A stretch of DNA of 64,000 bases, from NCBI GenBank assembly GCA_003599865.1, contig QZKS01000013.1, positions 2,414 through 66,413 of the forward strand. The letters run 5' to 3'. Positions within the stretch are counted from its first letter, which is position 1, and each line of letters opens with the position of its first letter. The notes under the pieces are model-generated. The model saw only the letters and a program-made list of their open reading frames with translations. It ran no database searches and was not told where the DNA came from. Positions 19,391 to 28,268 of this stretch are shown piece after piece. Origin of the DNA: Desulfobacteraceae bacterium. GTDB taxonomy: Bacteria; Desulfobacterota; Desulfobacteria; Desulfobacterales; SURF-7. The translations under genes and the position numbers were made by a program.

Positions 19391-19570
19391 TTATTTTCTG
19401 GAAGCATATCCATCTGCATACCATCCCCCACCCTTAAGCTCAAAAGAGCACTGGGACATGATTTTTTTGGCAGTTTTTCCACATTTGGGGCATTCAATCT
19501 GCCGGGTGTCCATTTTGACCAGTTTCTCCGTAATGGTTCCTTCCGGGCATTTAAATTCATACACAGGCAT
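19391..19570 (-). CDS. FmdB-family zinc-ribbon protein (59 aa), not in the ORF track
   Basis: Hand translation: MPVYEFKCPEGTITEKLVKMDTRQIECPKCGKTAKKIMSQCSFELKGGGWYADGYASRK. It has the canonical MPxYEFxC...CPxCG architecture. GGAG lies about 10 nt upstream. The tracked 80-aa ORF 19387..19629 is in a different frame. Confidence 0.8.
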   Translation of the reverse strand: MPVYEFKCPEGTITEKLVKMDTRQIECPKCGKTAKKIMSQCSFELKGGGWYADGYASRK

Positions 19571-19791
19571 ATTTTTTTTTCTCCTTGATTCACCAAGTTG
19601 GCTGATTTTTCAGTATTGCACCACCGCAATGATCGTTAAGTATAATCAAAAAATGATTTTTTTCAAGTTGATAATCATAAAAAGATGGATTAACCTGACA
19701 GATCCTTCTCGGAAACAGAATCCGTTCAGCCGGTGAAATGTTGAATGATAAAATAATGTTATTCAAAAAATCATACTAGGAATTTAGCGAT

Positions 19792-21729
19792 ATGTTCACA
19801 ATCAAATTTCTGCCCTATAACATTGATATTGAAGTAGAAGAGGGAACAACCATTATTCGCGCGGCCATGGAAGCAGGAGTACACGTGAATGCATCCTGCG
19901 GCGGTGAAGGGGTTTGTGGAAAATGTCGCATCCTGTTGGAAGACGGGGTGGTGGAAGATGGTATTTCTTCCATGCTGGATGCCGCTGATATTGAGAAAGG
20001 GTATCGGCTGGCCTGCCTGGCAAAGGTCAAAAGCAATCTGGTTGTCCGGATTCCCATAGAGTCGTCAGTAGATGCCGGCGTATTGAATTTACCGGCCACC
20101 CCGCGCCGGAAAGCCAAAATCAAGCAAATGGATTTTGAGGATTTAAAAGAAAAAGGGCTGTTTTTGCCGCCGGTTGAAAAACGATACCTGGAACTGCCGG
20201 AGCCCAATGCCCAGGACCACCTTCCGGATGTTACCCGTCTGGTCAGCTTTTTAAAAATCAATTACGGTGAAGAGAGACTTCAACTCACCCTGCCGGTGAT
20301 CCGCAAGCTTCCTGATATTCTGCGGAAAGACAATTTTCGGGTCACGGCAACACTGGAGCGTCCGGTGCGGGAAGGCCGCAAGACCAGAATTATCAATGTT
20401 CAGGCGGGGGATACCAGTTCTCATAATTACGCCATTGCCATGGATATCGGGACGACAACCATATATGGACAGATTCTGGATCTGTTGACCGGTGAGGTTT
20501 TGAGTGAGTATGGGGATTTTAACGGTCAGATCAGTTATGGCGAAGATGTCATTTCCAGAATTGTGTTTGCGGAAAAAGAGGGCGGACTGGATATAATGCA
20601 CGAAGCGGTTGTCAAGACCATGAATAGGGTGATTGAAAAGATCGTGAAAAAAGCCAAGATTGATCCGGAAGAGATCTCGACGATCACATTGGCCGGCAAC
20701 ACGACCATGACCCAGCTGATGCTGCAGGTCAATCCACGATATATCCGCCGTTCTCCCTATGTCCCGGCGGCAACGATTTATCCGCCCATTCGTGCAACCG
20801 ATATCGGGATCAACCTCGGGGACCATGTGGTTGCACTGGTTTACCCGCAGATATCCAGTTATGTGGGTGGGGATATTGTGGCCGGCGTCATGGGGTCCGG
20901 CATGTACCGGACCGAAGAGCTAACATTGTATATTGATATCGGCACCAATGCGGAAATAGTTGTCGGGAACAAAGACTGGTTTGCCTGCGCTGCCTGTTCG
21001 GCCGGTCCTGCCTTTGAAGGGGGCGGTATCAAACTGGGGATGCGGGCTACGGAAGGGGCGATTGAAGATTTCTCCATTGATCCGGTGACGCTTGAGCCGA
21101 TGAATATCACGGTTGGGAATGTCCGGCCAAAGGGAATCTGCGGTTCCGGTTTGATCATTATGGTGGCGACCATGTTCGAGATGGGCATTATCAACAATCT
21201 CGGAAAATTTAATCGGGATCTGGATACCCCGCGGATACGAGAACATGATAATATCTGGGAATATGTCCTGGCATGGAAACAAGAATCCCAGATCGACAGA
21301 GATGTCGTTCTGACGGAGATTGATATCGAGAATCTGATCCGCGCCAAGGGAGCGATTTACAGTGGATATCAAACCCTGCTGGAAGAGGTGGGGCTGAGTG
21401 TTTATGATCTGGATCGAATCATACTGGCCGGTGGTTTCGGCAGTTATATCGATCTGGAAAAAGCCATCGTCATAGGGCTGTTGCCGGAGATTGATACGGA
21501 TAAGGTAACCTTTGTCGGAAACGGATCATTGATGGGCGCCAAAATGAGTTCCCTGACCAATCGAATCCGGCAGGACGTTGCACAGGTCACGCAGATGATG
21601 ACCAATTTTGAATTGTCGGAGACGCCTTCTTATATGGATCATTATATAGCATCCCTGTTTTTGCCGCATACGGATATGGAACATTTCCCGAAACTCAAGG
21701 CCCGGATGGAAGCAAGACAAAGACGGTAA
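19792..21729 (+). CDS. acsV: Corrinoid activation/regeneration protein (RACo/AcsV): 2Fe-2S ferredoxin plus ASKHA ATPase domain
   Basis: 645 aa. N-terminal plant-type ferredoxin motif (SCGGEGVCGKCRILL). The downstream ASKHA/DUF4445-like body has DIGTTT phosphate-binding motifs. It lies directly upstream of the CODH/ACS genes. Confidence 0.87.
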   Translation: MFTIKFLPYNIDIEVEEGTTIIRAAMEAGVHVNASCGGEGVCGKCRILLEDGVVEDGISSMLDAADIEKGYRLACLAKVKSNLVVRIPIESSVDAGVLNLPATPRRKAKIKQMDFEDLKEKGLFLPPVEKRYLELPEPNAQDHLPDVTRLVSFLKINYGEERLQLTLPVIRKLPDILRKDNFRVTATLERPVREGRKTRIINVQAGDTSSHNYAIAMDIGTTTIYGQILDLLTGEVLSEYGDFNGQISYGEDVISRIVFAEKEGGLDIMHEAVVKTMNRVIEKIVKKAKIDPEEISTITLAGNTTMTQLMLQVNPRYIRRSPYVPAATIYPPIRATDIGINLGDHVVALVYPQISSYVGGDIVAGVMGSGMYRTEELTLYIDIGTNAEIVVGNKDWFACAACSAGPAFEGGGIKLGMRATEGAIEDFSIDPVTLEPMNITVGNVRPKGICGSGLIIMVATMFEMGIINNLGKFNRDLDTPRIREHDNIWEYVLAWKQESQIDRDVVLTEIDIENLIRAKGAIYSGYQTLLEEVGLSVYDLDRIILAGGFGSYIDLEKAIVIGLLPEIDTDKVTFVGNGSLMGAKMSSLTNRIRQDVAQVTQMMTNFELSETPSYMDHYIASLFLPHTDMEHFPKLKARMEARQRR

Positions 21730-21915
21730 AAACAGCAATTCTTATTCAAGGCGACGCGTAATTCAACAAAACACGGTTCTGCCCGGTGCCGGTGATTGGT
21801 TCCGTTCCTACCGCAAAACCCGTTGTTCGCTTTTACCCGACTTTTCGTTTTGAATGGTATTGATTTCAAAGCGTTAAATTTGGATTGGTTCCACAGGTTT
21901 TTCCACGCTCTTCTA

Positions 21916-21944
21916 TTGACAAATACAAGATCACGATGTAAAAG
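21916..21944 (+). promoter_or_regulatory. Candidate sigma70 promoter in the long leader upstream of cdhD
   Basis: TTGACA (21916-21921), 17-nt spacer, TAAAAG (21939-21944). This would give a leader of about 270 nt. Weak evidence. Confidence 0.25.
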
Positions 21945-22215
21945 ATTTCTTTGGTTTTTAAAATGGGGAAAGGTGTTTCTTTTCTCTGAAATCGTATGAG
22001 ATTCGTTCTGTTATGGGTATTGAAGCAAGGAAGGGTTAATTATCTGACAGATTTATATTCTAAATATATTGTTAACAAAATTGAATAAAGAAAAGAAAGG
22101 GGGGAGACCAAAAAATTCACTATTGACAATCGTTTTCTATCGAGTGGCGCGATAGACATGATCATGAATTAACAACCTTCGATTATTCAAATGTTTTATC
22201 GATAAGGAGGTCATT

Positions 22216-23781
22216 TTGGGCTTTGAAATTGTAAAAGAATCCTATGCTGGCGGCATTAGGGAAATTTCCATAGGAAAAGGTGCTAAGGCACTCACTGTTG
22301 GAGGAGAGAAGAGCTATCCTTTTTATCAGTTTGAGGGCAAAATGCCCAATAAACCCAAAGTAGCAATGGAAGTTTGGGATATAGAACCGAAAGACTGGCC
22401 GGAATCCTGTAAGGTGCATTTCAAGGGCGTCCTGTCGGATCCGGTTGCATGGGCCAAAAAATGTGTTAAGGACTTTGGCGCGGAAGCCATTGTTCTTCAA
22501 TTAAAGAGCGTTGATCCGAACGATCAGAATGCGAGTCCTGCCCAAGCAGCGGCAACCGTAAAGAAAGTCATGGCAGCCATTGATGTTCCGCTCATTGTCT
22601 GGGGTTGTGCAAATCCCCAGAAGGATGAAGAAGTACTGAAGAAAGTCTCAGAAGAATGTGATGGCGGAAACCTTTCCATCGGGCCGGTTGAAGATAAAAA
22701 TCACAAGGGAATCGGCGCTTCGGCCATGGGGTTCGGCCATACGGTTATCTCCTCTTCCGCCATTGATGTAAACCTTGCCAAACAGGTGAATATTTTGCTC
22801 GAAAATCTGGGCGTATCCACAAGCAAGATCATTATGGATCCTACCACCAGCGCGCTGGGATACGGTCTTGAATATACCTATTCGGTAATGGAGCGTCTCC
22901 GCATGGCGGCATTGGCTCAGGGTGATGACAAACTGCAATATCCGCTGATCAACAACCTTGGTAACGAAACCTGGAAAACCAAAGAGGCCAAACAAACCGC
23001 AGATGAAGCTCCTTCACTGGGCGATCCGGAAAAACGCGGTGTGTTGATGGAAACGATTGGTGCGGTGGCATTTTTGCTGGCCGGGTCCGATATGCTGATT
23101 ATGCGTCATCCGGAAGCGATCCGTTTGACCAAAGCGTTTATCGATCTGCTTTCAGATGGCGGATCTGCTGCAAAGGTTGCCGGCATTCAAAAGAAACTGG
23201 ATGCTGCAAAGATTGACTTTTCCAAGATTTCGCCGAAACCGGATCTGGCCATTGAGGAAGAAAAGGCTGCGGCACCCAAGAAGGATGCTGCCAAGAAAGC
23301 AGCACCCAAGGCCGCACCCAAGGCCGCTCCCAAAGCAGCACCCAAGGCTGCTCCCAAAGCGGCACCCAAGAAAGCAGCTCCGGTAGCAGCGGCCGCTCCG
23401 GCAGTTGATGCGGCGGCCCAGGCACAAGCCGAAGCCGCGACCAAAGCCAAAGCGGAAATGGATGCCAAGGCAGCTGCAGAAGCAGACGCCAAGGCTAAAG
23501 TTGCGGCGGAAGCCAAAGCCAAAGCAGATGCGGAAGCCAAGGCCAAAGCAGACGCAGCGGCAAAAGTGAAAGCGGAAGCGGATGCTTCTGCCAAACGTGC
23601 AGAACAGGAAAACGAACTTCGGCTGAAACGTGCGGCTGAGCGTGAAAAACATGCGGCTGACCGTACAAAAAAATCTGAGGGCAAGGTCGTTTCCATGACC
23701 GCTGCTGCCGTACAGAGAACGCAGAATGAAAAAATACTGGAAGTACTAAACCGAATCCACAGAAGGATTCCGTTGTATTAG
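22216..23781 (+). CDS. acsD: Corrinoid/Fe-S protein small subunit (CODH/ACS delta subunit) with an Ala/Lys/Pro-rich C-terminal extension of roughly 160 aa within a ~190-aa tail
   Basis: TTG start 5 nt after AAGGAGG. The first ~330 aa (TVGGEKSYPFYQFEG..., IVLQLKSVDPN, IMDPTTSALGYGLEYTYSVMERLR) match CdhD/AcsD. The remainder is low complexity. Confidence 0.9.
   Translation: MGFEIVKESYAGGIREISIGKGAKALTVGGEKSYPFYQFEGKMPNKPKVAMEVWDIEPKDWPESCKVHFKGVLSDPVAWAKKCVKDFGAEAIVLQLKSVDPNDQNASPAQAAATVKKVMAAIDVPLIVWGCANPQKDEEVLKKVSEECDGGNLSIGPVEDKNHKGIGASAMGFGHTVISSSAIDVNLAKQVNILLENLGVSTSKIIMDPTTSALGYGLEYTYSVMERLRMAALAQGDDKLQYPLINNLGNETWKTKEAKQTADEAPSLGDPEKRGVLMETIGAVAFLLAGSDMLIMRHPEAIRLTKAFIDLLSDGGSAAKVAGIQKKLDAAKIDFSKISPKPDLAIEEEKAAAPKKDAAKKAAPKAAPKAAPKAAPKAAPKAAPKKAAPVAAAAPAVDAAAQAQAEAATKAKAEMDAKAAAEADAKAKVAAEAKAKADAEAKAKADAAAKVKAEADASAKRAEQENELRLKRAAEREKHAADRTKKSEGKVVSMTAAAVQRTQNEKILEVLNRIHRRIPLY
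23299..23370 (+). repeat. Six tandem 12-bp units encoding (AAPK)6 inside acsD
   Basis: GCAGCACCCAAG / GCCGCACCCAAG / GCCGCTCCCAAA / GCAGCACCCAAG / GCTGCTCCCAAA / GCGGCACCCAAG, read directly and in frame with the CDS. Confidence 0.9.
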
Positions 23782-23853
23782 CCTTTATGATCTATCCGGC
23801 ATGGATAAAGCTTTTTATCATGTCGGAAAAACAATATTGAGGAGGAACCTCTA

Positions 23854-25875
23854 ATGTCAGAAGAAACAAAAGAAAAAGCAGAAAAGGGACCGAAGCTGGC
23901 TGATCCGATCATGTCTTCCATTGATCCGGCTACCCAGGAAATGATTCAGAGAGCCCATGATCTGGGTATTGAAACGGTATTTGACAGGGCCCAGCAGATG
24001 AAACCCTGTAATATCGGAATCCAGGGGATCTGTTGTAAAAACTGTGCCATGGGACCGTGTCGTTTGCCGCTTCCCAAGGGAGGCATCCAGGGTGAGGATA
24101 CCCGAAAAGGCCTTTGCGGTGCTACCGCAAATACCATCGCTGCACGTAACTTTATCAGAATGATTGCAGGCGGGGCTGCTGCGCATTCGGATCATGGCCG
24201 TTGTGTTGCGGAAGTTTTTCTTTCAGCAGCCAGAAAAGAAACCGATGCATACAAGATCAAGGATACTGTCAAACTTCTTGCCATCGCTCCCCATTTCGGT
24301 GTTGCCACAACCGTTGAAGTTGATGGTAAAAAGCAAGACAGAAATATTGACGAGATTGCCCTGGAAGTTGCCGAGATAGCACTTGCTGAATGGGGCAAGC
24401 CGGAAGGGACACTTCATTACATCAAGAGAGCTCCGTTGCCGTTGCAGGAAAAATGGAAAAAACAAGGGGTTGAACCCAGAAACATCGATCGGGAAATTGT
24501 TGAAATCATGCATAGAACCCATATGGGTGTTGACCAGGATTATAAAAACCTGATCAAACAGGGTACCCGGGCAGCCCTTGCAGACGGATGGGGCGGATCC
24601 ATGCTGGCGACCGACCTTCAGGATGTTCTTTTTGGAACACCGACTCCGCTCCAGTCAGAAGCGAACCTGGGCGTCATGAAGGAAGATCATGTGAACATTA
24701 TCGTTCACGGTCATGAGCCGGTTCTTTCGGAGATGATTGTGGCCGTATCGCAACGTCCTGACATGATTGAATATGCCAAATCAAAAGGTGCAAAAGGCAT
24801 CCAGCTGGGCGGCATCTGCTGCACGGCCAATGAGATTTTCCAGCGTCACGGCGTTCCCCAGGCCGGAACCTATTTGCAGCAGGAACTGGCTATTATCACC
24901 GGTGCGTGCGATGCCATGGTTGTGGATATCCAGTGTGTATTCCAGGCGCTTGCCAATGTTGCCAAATGTTTCCATACCAAACTGATCACAACCCATCCCA
25001 TTGCAAGAATGGAGCAGAACAATGTGATTCATATAGAGTTTGATGAGCACCATGCACTTGAGGATGCGGAAAAGATCATTCGGCTGGCCATTGATAATTA
25101 TGAGAACCGTGGATCGGAGGTCATGATTCCGAAACACAAGGCCTCGGCCATTGGCGGATTCAGTGTGGAATCCATTGAATATCATCTGGGCGGAACCTTC
25201 AGGGGATCCTATTACACGCTGAATGATAATATCATCAACGGCCGCATCCGCGGTATCGCTGGTGTGGTTGGGTGCAACAATGCCCGAACCCGTCACAATG
25301 AAGCCCACATTACGGTTGTCAAAGAATTGATCAAGAATGACGTTATTGTTCTGACCACCGGATGCAACGGTATTGCATGCGCCATGGAAGGACTGTTGAC
25401 ACCGGAAAGCGCCGCGGTTCACTGTGGCCCTGGACTTGCCGAAGTCTGCGAAGTCGTGGGTATTCCGCCGGTCCTTCATATGGGGTCCTGCGTGGATAAC
25501 AGCAGAATCCTTCTGGCGGCAACGGAAGTTGTAAAAGCCGGCGGTCTTGGAAATGACATTTGTGATCTGCCGGCAGCCGGGTCCGCTCCGGAATGGATGA
25601 GTGAAAAAGCGATCTCTATTGGTCATTACTTTGTAGCATCAGGCGTTTATACAGTATTCGGCCTGCATCTGCCCACCGAAGGCGCTCCCGTATTCCATGA
25701 TTACCTCTCCAAGGAACTGGAAAAAATCTATGGAGGCAAATGGGATCTGGAAGCAGACCCGATCAAGCATGCTCGTTTGATGATTGCCCATATTGACAAG
25801 AAACGTAAGGAGCTTGGAATCGATAAGGCAAGAGAACGTGTTCTTATGGATATGGCGGATCGTCAGGCACTCTAA
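23854..25875 (+). CDS. cooS: Anaerobic carbon-monoxide dehydrogenase catalytic subunit
   Basis: 673 aa. N-terminal Cys motifs (CNIGIQGICCKNCAMGPCRL). C-cluster region (GHEPVLSE, GICCTANE, VGCNNAR, MGSCVDNSR). Confidence 0.95.
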   Translation: MSEETKEKAEKGPKLADPIMSSIDPATQEMIQRAHDLGIETVFDRAQQMKPCNIGIQGICCKNCAMGPCRLPLPKGGIQGEDTRKGLCGATANTIAARNFIRMIAGGAAAHSDHGRCVAEVFLSAARKETDAYKIKDTVKLLAIAPHFGVATTVEVDGKKQDRNIDEIALEVAEIALAEWGKPEGTLHYIKRAPLPLQEKWKKQGVEPRNIDREIVEIMHRTHMGVDQDYKNLIKQGTRAALADGWGGSMLATDLQDVLFGTPTPLQSEANLGVMKEDHVNIIVHGHEPVLSEMIVAVSQRPDMIEYAKSKGAKGIQLGGICCTANEIFQRHGVPQAGTYLQQELAIITGACDAMVVDIQCVFQALANVAKCFHTKLITTHPIARMEQNNVIHIEFDEHHALEDAEKIIRLAIDNYENRGSEVMIPKHKASAIGGFSVESIEYHLGGTFRGSYYTLNDNIINGRIRGIAGVVGCNNARTRHNEAHITVVKELIKNDVIVLTTGCNGIACAMEGLLTPESAAVHCGPGLAEVCEVVGIPPVLHMGSCVDNSRILLAATEVVKAGGLGNDICDLPAAGSAPEWMSEKAISIGHYFVASGVYTVFGLHLPTEGAPVFHDYLSKELEKIYGGKWDLEADPIKHARLMIAHIDKKRKELGIDKARERVLMDMADRQAL

Positions 25876-25942
25876 TAATGATGATCAGGTACTTGAAAGA
25901 TGATTTTTTTTACAAAAATCCTCAACGAAGGAGGAAATTGAT

Positions 25943-28156
25943 ATGTCTAAGTTAGTAGCATTTGCAGCTATTCAGGGCGGCTATAAGGTTGTATCGCAGG
26001 CGGAAGGTCTGTACAACAAAGCATTGGCAACATACAATGCTGATACCAAGATAGGATTCCCGAATACCGCATATTATCTTCCGGTTATTTATTCTCTGAC
26101 CGGCATGAAAGTGGAAACTCTTGAAGATTTGAAAAAACCTCTTGCATTCGCACGCGGACTTCTTCCCCCGCATGTCAAGGGCAAGAATCACCTTCCCTAT
26201 CTCGGACCACTTCTGGATGCCGGTATGGCAGCGATTTTCAGCTATGAAATCATAGAAGCGCTTCGCATTCTGGATCAGCCGGATTTCTATTTACCTCAGG
26301 AAGATCCGGATATTGAAGCCGGAAAGATCTGGGTTGGACCCGCGGATGATGTTATCCTGCGGAAACGCGGTGTAGAATTTGTTGACGGCTCTGCTCCAGG
26401 TTTTGCTGCCATGGTCGGTGCCGCACCAACTATCGAAATTGCAAAAGACATCGTGGAAGATTACCAGAAGAAAAATCTTTATATTTTCTGCGCAGCCAAC
26501 CACAATGGAACATCGGTTATCGAACAGCTGATCAAGGCCAAAGTTCAGATCGGTTGGAATACCCGTATCGTACCGTTCGGCCCGGATATCTCTTCCGCGG
26601 TCTTTGCCCTTGGTTTTGCAAACAGAGCCGCCATGGCATTTGGTGGTGTTCAGCCCGGAGATTTCAAAAAGATCCTGCTGTACAACAAGGACAGGGTTTT
26701 TGCTTTTGTTAACGCCCTTGGTGATATCGGAACCGAGTGGGGTGTTGCTGCTGCCGGTTGCGTTAACTGGGGTTTTCCGACACTGGCGGATACGGACATT
26801 CCCGAAATTCTGCCGACGGGTATCTGTACCTATGAGCATGTTGTAGCCAATGTTCCCCATAGTGAAATCTGCCAGAGATCGGTTGAGGTCCGCGGTCTCA
26901 AGATTCAGGTTACCGAGATCGATATCCCCATGTCTTTTGGTCCGGCTTTTGAGGGAGAGCGGGTTCGCGGTGCGGATCTTCACTGCCAGTGCGGCGGCGG
27001 AAAGACCCAGTGTACCGAGCTGGTAAAAATGGCTGAGATGAATGAGATTGAAGACGGCAAGGTGACAATCGTCGGCCCGGATGTAACCGATCTGAAAGAA
27101 GGCGCTACCTTCCCGCTGGGAATTTCGGTTCAGATCGCCGGCCGTGAATTCCAGACGGATTTCGAGCCGATCATGGAACGTCAGATCCACCATTTGATTA
27201 ACTATATCCAGGGCATTATGCATATCGGCCAGAGAGACATCTCCTGGGTTCGTATCAGCAAGGCAGCCATGGAAAAGGGTTTTTCCTTGAAACATATCGG
27301 TGTGGTACTTCATGCCAAGTTTCATCAGGATTTTACCAAGATCGTGGACAAGGTTCAGGTTACGCTGTACACCAAGAAGGCTGATGTGGACAAACTGACC
27401 GAAAGAGCACGCGCTGAATACAAGACAAGAGATGAGCGTGTGGACAAGATGACGGATGAGGATGTGGAAACATTTTACTCCTGTACACTCTGCCAGTCCT
27501 TTGCGCCCAGTCACGTTTGTTCCGTAAGCCCGGAAAGAACCGGACTCTGCGGTGCATACAACTGGATGGACTGCAGGGCATCCTATGAAATCAATCCAAC
27601 CGGCCCCAACCAACCCATTGAAAAGGGTGAATGTCTGGATCCGGTTTTGGGGCAGTGGAAGGGTGTCAATGACTTCGTCTATAAAGCATCCCGTGGCGCG
27701 GTTACCCATTATAATTTCTACTCCATGGTAATCGATCCCATGACAACCTGTGGATGCTGCGAGTGTATCGCTGCCATGTTGCCGTCTTGTAACGGTGTGA
27801 TGACGGTTGGTCGTGATTACACCGGTGAAACTCCGTCTGGAATGAAATTTACTACACTTGCCGGTGTTATGGGCGGCGGGGCACAATCTCCCGGATTTGT
27901 CGGCCATTCAAAATACAATATTACCCAGGGTAAGTTTATTACGGGTGACGGAGGACTATTGAGAATGGTCTGGATGCCCAAGATGCTGAAAGAAGAACTC
28001 AAAGACAGAATCGAAAAACGCGGTGCTGAAATGGGCTGTCCGGGTCTCTATGACATGATCGCAGATGAGACTGTTGGAACAACAGAAGAAGAGATTCTGC
28101 CCTTCCTCCAGGAAAAAGGCCATCCAGCCCTTTCCATGGATTCGTTGGTCAGATAA
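25943..28156 (+). CDS. acsB: Acetyl-CoA synthase (CODH/ACS alpha subunit; A-cluster protein)
   Basis: 737 aa. Conserved A-cluster Cys motifs (CTLCQSFAPSHVC...GLCG and TTCGCCEC). Confidence 0.95.
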   Translation: MSKLVAFAAIQGGYKVVSQAEGLYNKALATYNADTKIGFPNTAYYLPVIYSLTGMKVETLEDLKKPLAFARGLLPPHVKGKNHLPYLGPLLDAGMAAIFSYEIIEALRILDQPDFYLPQEDPDIEAGKIWVGPADDVILRKRGVEFVDGSAPGFAAMVGAAPTIEIAKDIVEDYQKKNLYIFCAANHNGTSVIEQLIKAKVQIGWNTRIVPFGPDISSAVFALGFANRAAMAFGGVQPGDFKKILLYNKDRVFAFVNALGDIGTEWGVAAAGCVNWGFPTLADTDIPEILPTGICTYEHVVANVPHSEICQRSVEVRGLKIQVTEIDIPMSFGPAFEGERVRGADLHCQCGGGKTQCTELVKMAEMNEIEDGKVTIVGPDVTDLKEGATFPLGISVQIAGREFQTDFEPIMERQIHHLINYIQGIMHIGQRDISWVRISKAAMEKGFSLKHIGVVLHAKFHQDFTKIVDKVQVTLYTKKADVDKLTERARAEYKTRDERVDKMTDEDVETFYSCTLCQSFAPSHVCSVSPERTGLCGAYNWMDCRASYEINPTGPNQPIEKGECLDPVLGQWKGVNDFVYKASRGAVTHYNFYSMVIDPMTTCGCCECIAAMLPSCNGVMTVGRDYTGETPSGMKFTTLAGVMGGGAQSPGFVGHSKYNITQGKFITGDGGLLRMVWMPKMLKEELKDRIEKRGAEMGCPGLYDMIADETVGTTEEEILPFLQEKGHPALSMDSLVR

Positions 28157-28268
28157 TTCTTTTTTGGTTAAAAACAATTATGATCAGGCAAGGTATGTGG
28201 CGTACCTGCCTGATCATTTAAAAATGAAATACTAAACATTAGGTTTGATATAAGATAAGGAGACAAAA

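Noticed and set aside
19387-19629. Tracked 80-aa minus-strand ORF
   Set aside because: It is replaced by the 59-aa FmdB-type ORF in another frame (19391..19570), which has a canonical family signature and an RBS.
23299-23370. Tandem 12-bp repeats considered as a possible CRISPR-like or VNTR array
   Set aside because: There are no spacers, the period is 12 bp, and the repeats are in frame within a CDS encoding (AAPK)6. It is a coding micro-repeat, not a CRISPR array.
23138-23696. Several 95-169-aa ORFs on both strands across the acsD tail
   Set aside because: They are by-products of the GC(N)GC(N)CCCAAR / GCNAAAGC low-complexity repeats, which stay open in many frames. Only the + strand frame is contiguous with the conserved AcsD domain.
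26291-27907. 538-aa ORF antisense to acsB
   Set aside because: acsB on the + strand is strongly conserved, with A-cluster Cys motifs. The antisense ORF is compositionally odd (many R/G/H/T/C) and has no RBS.
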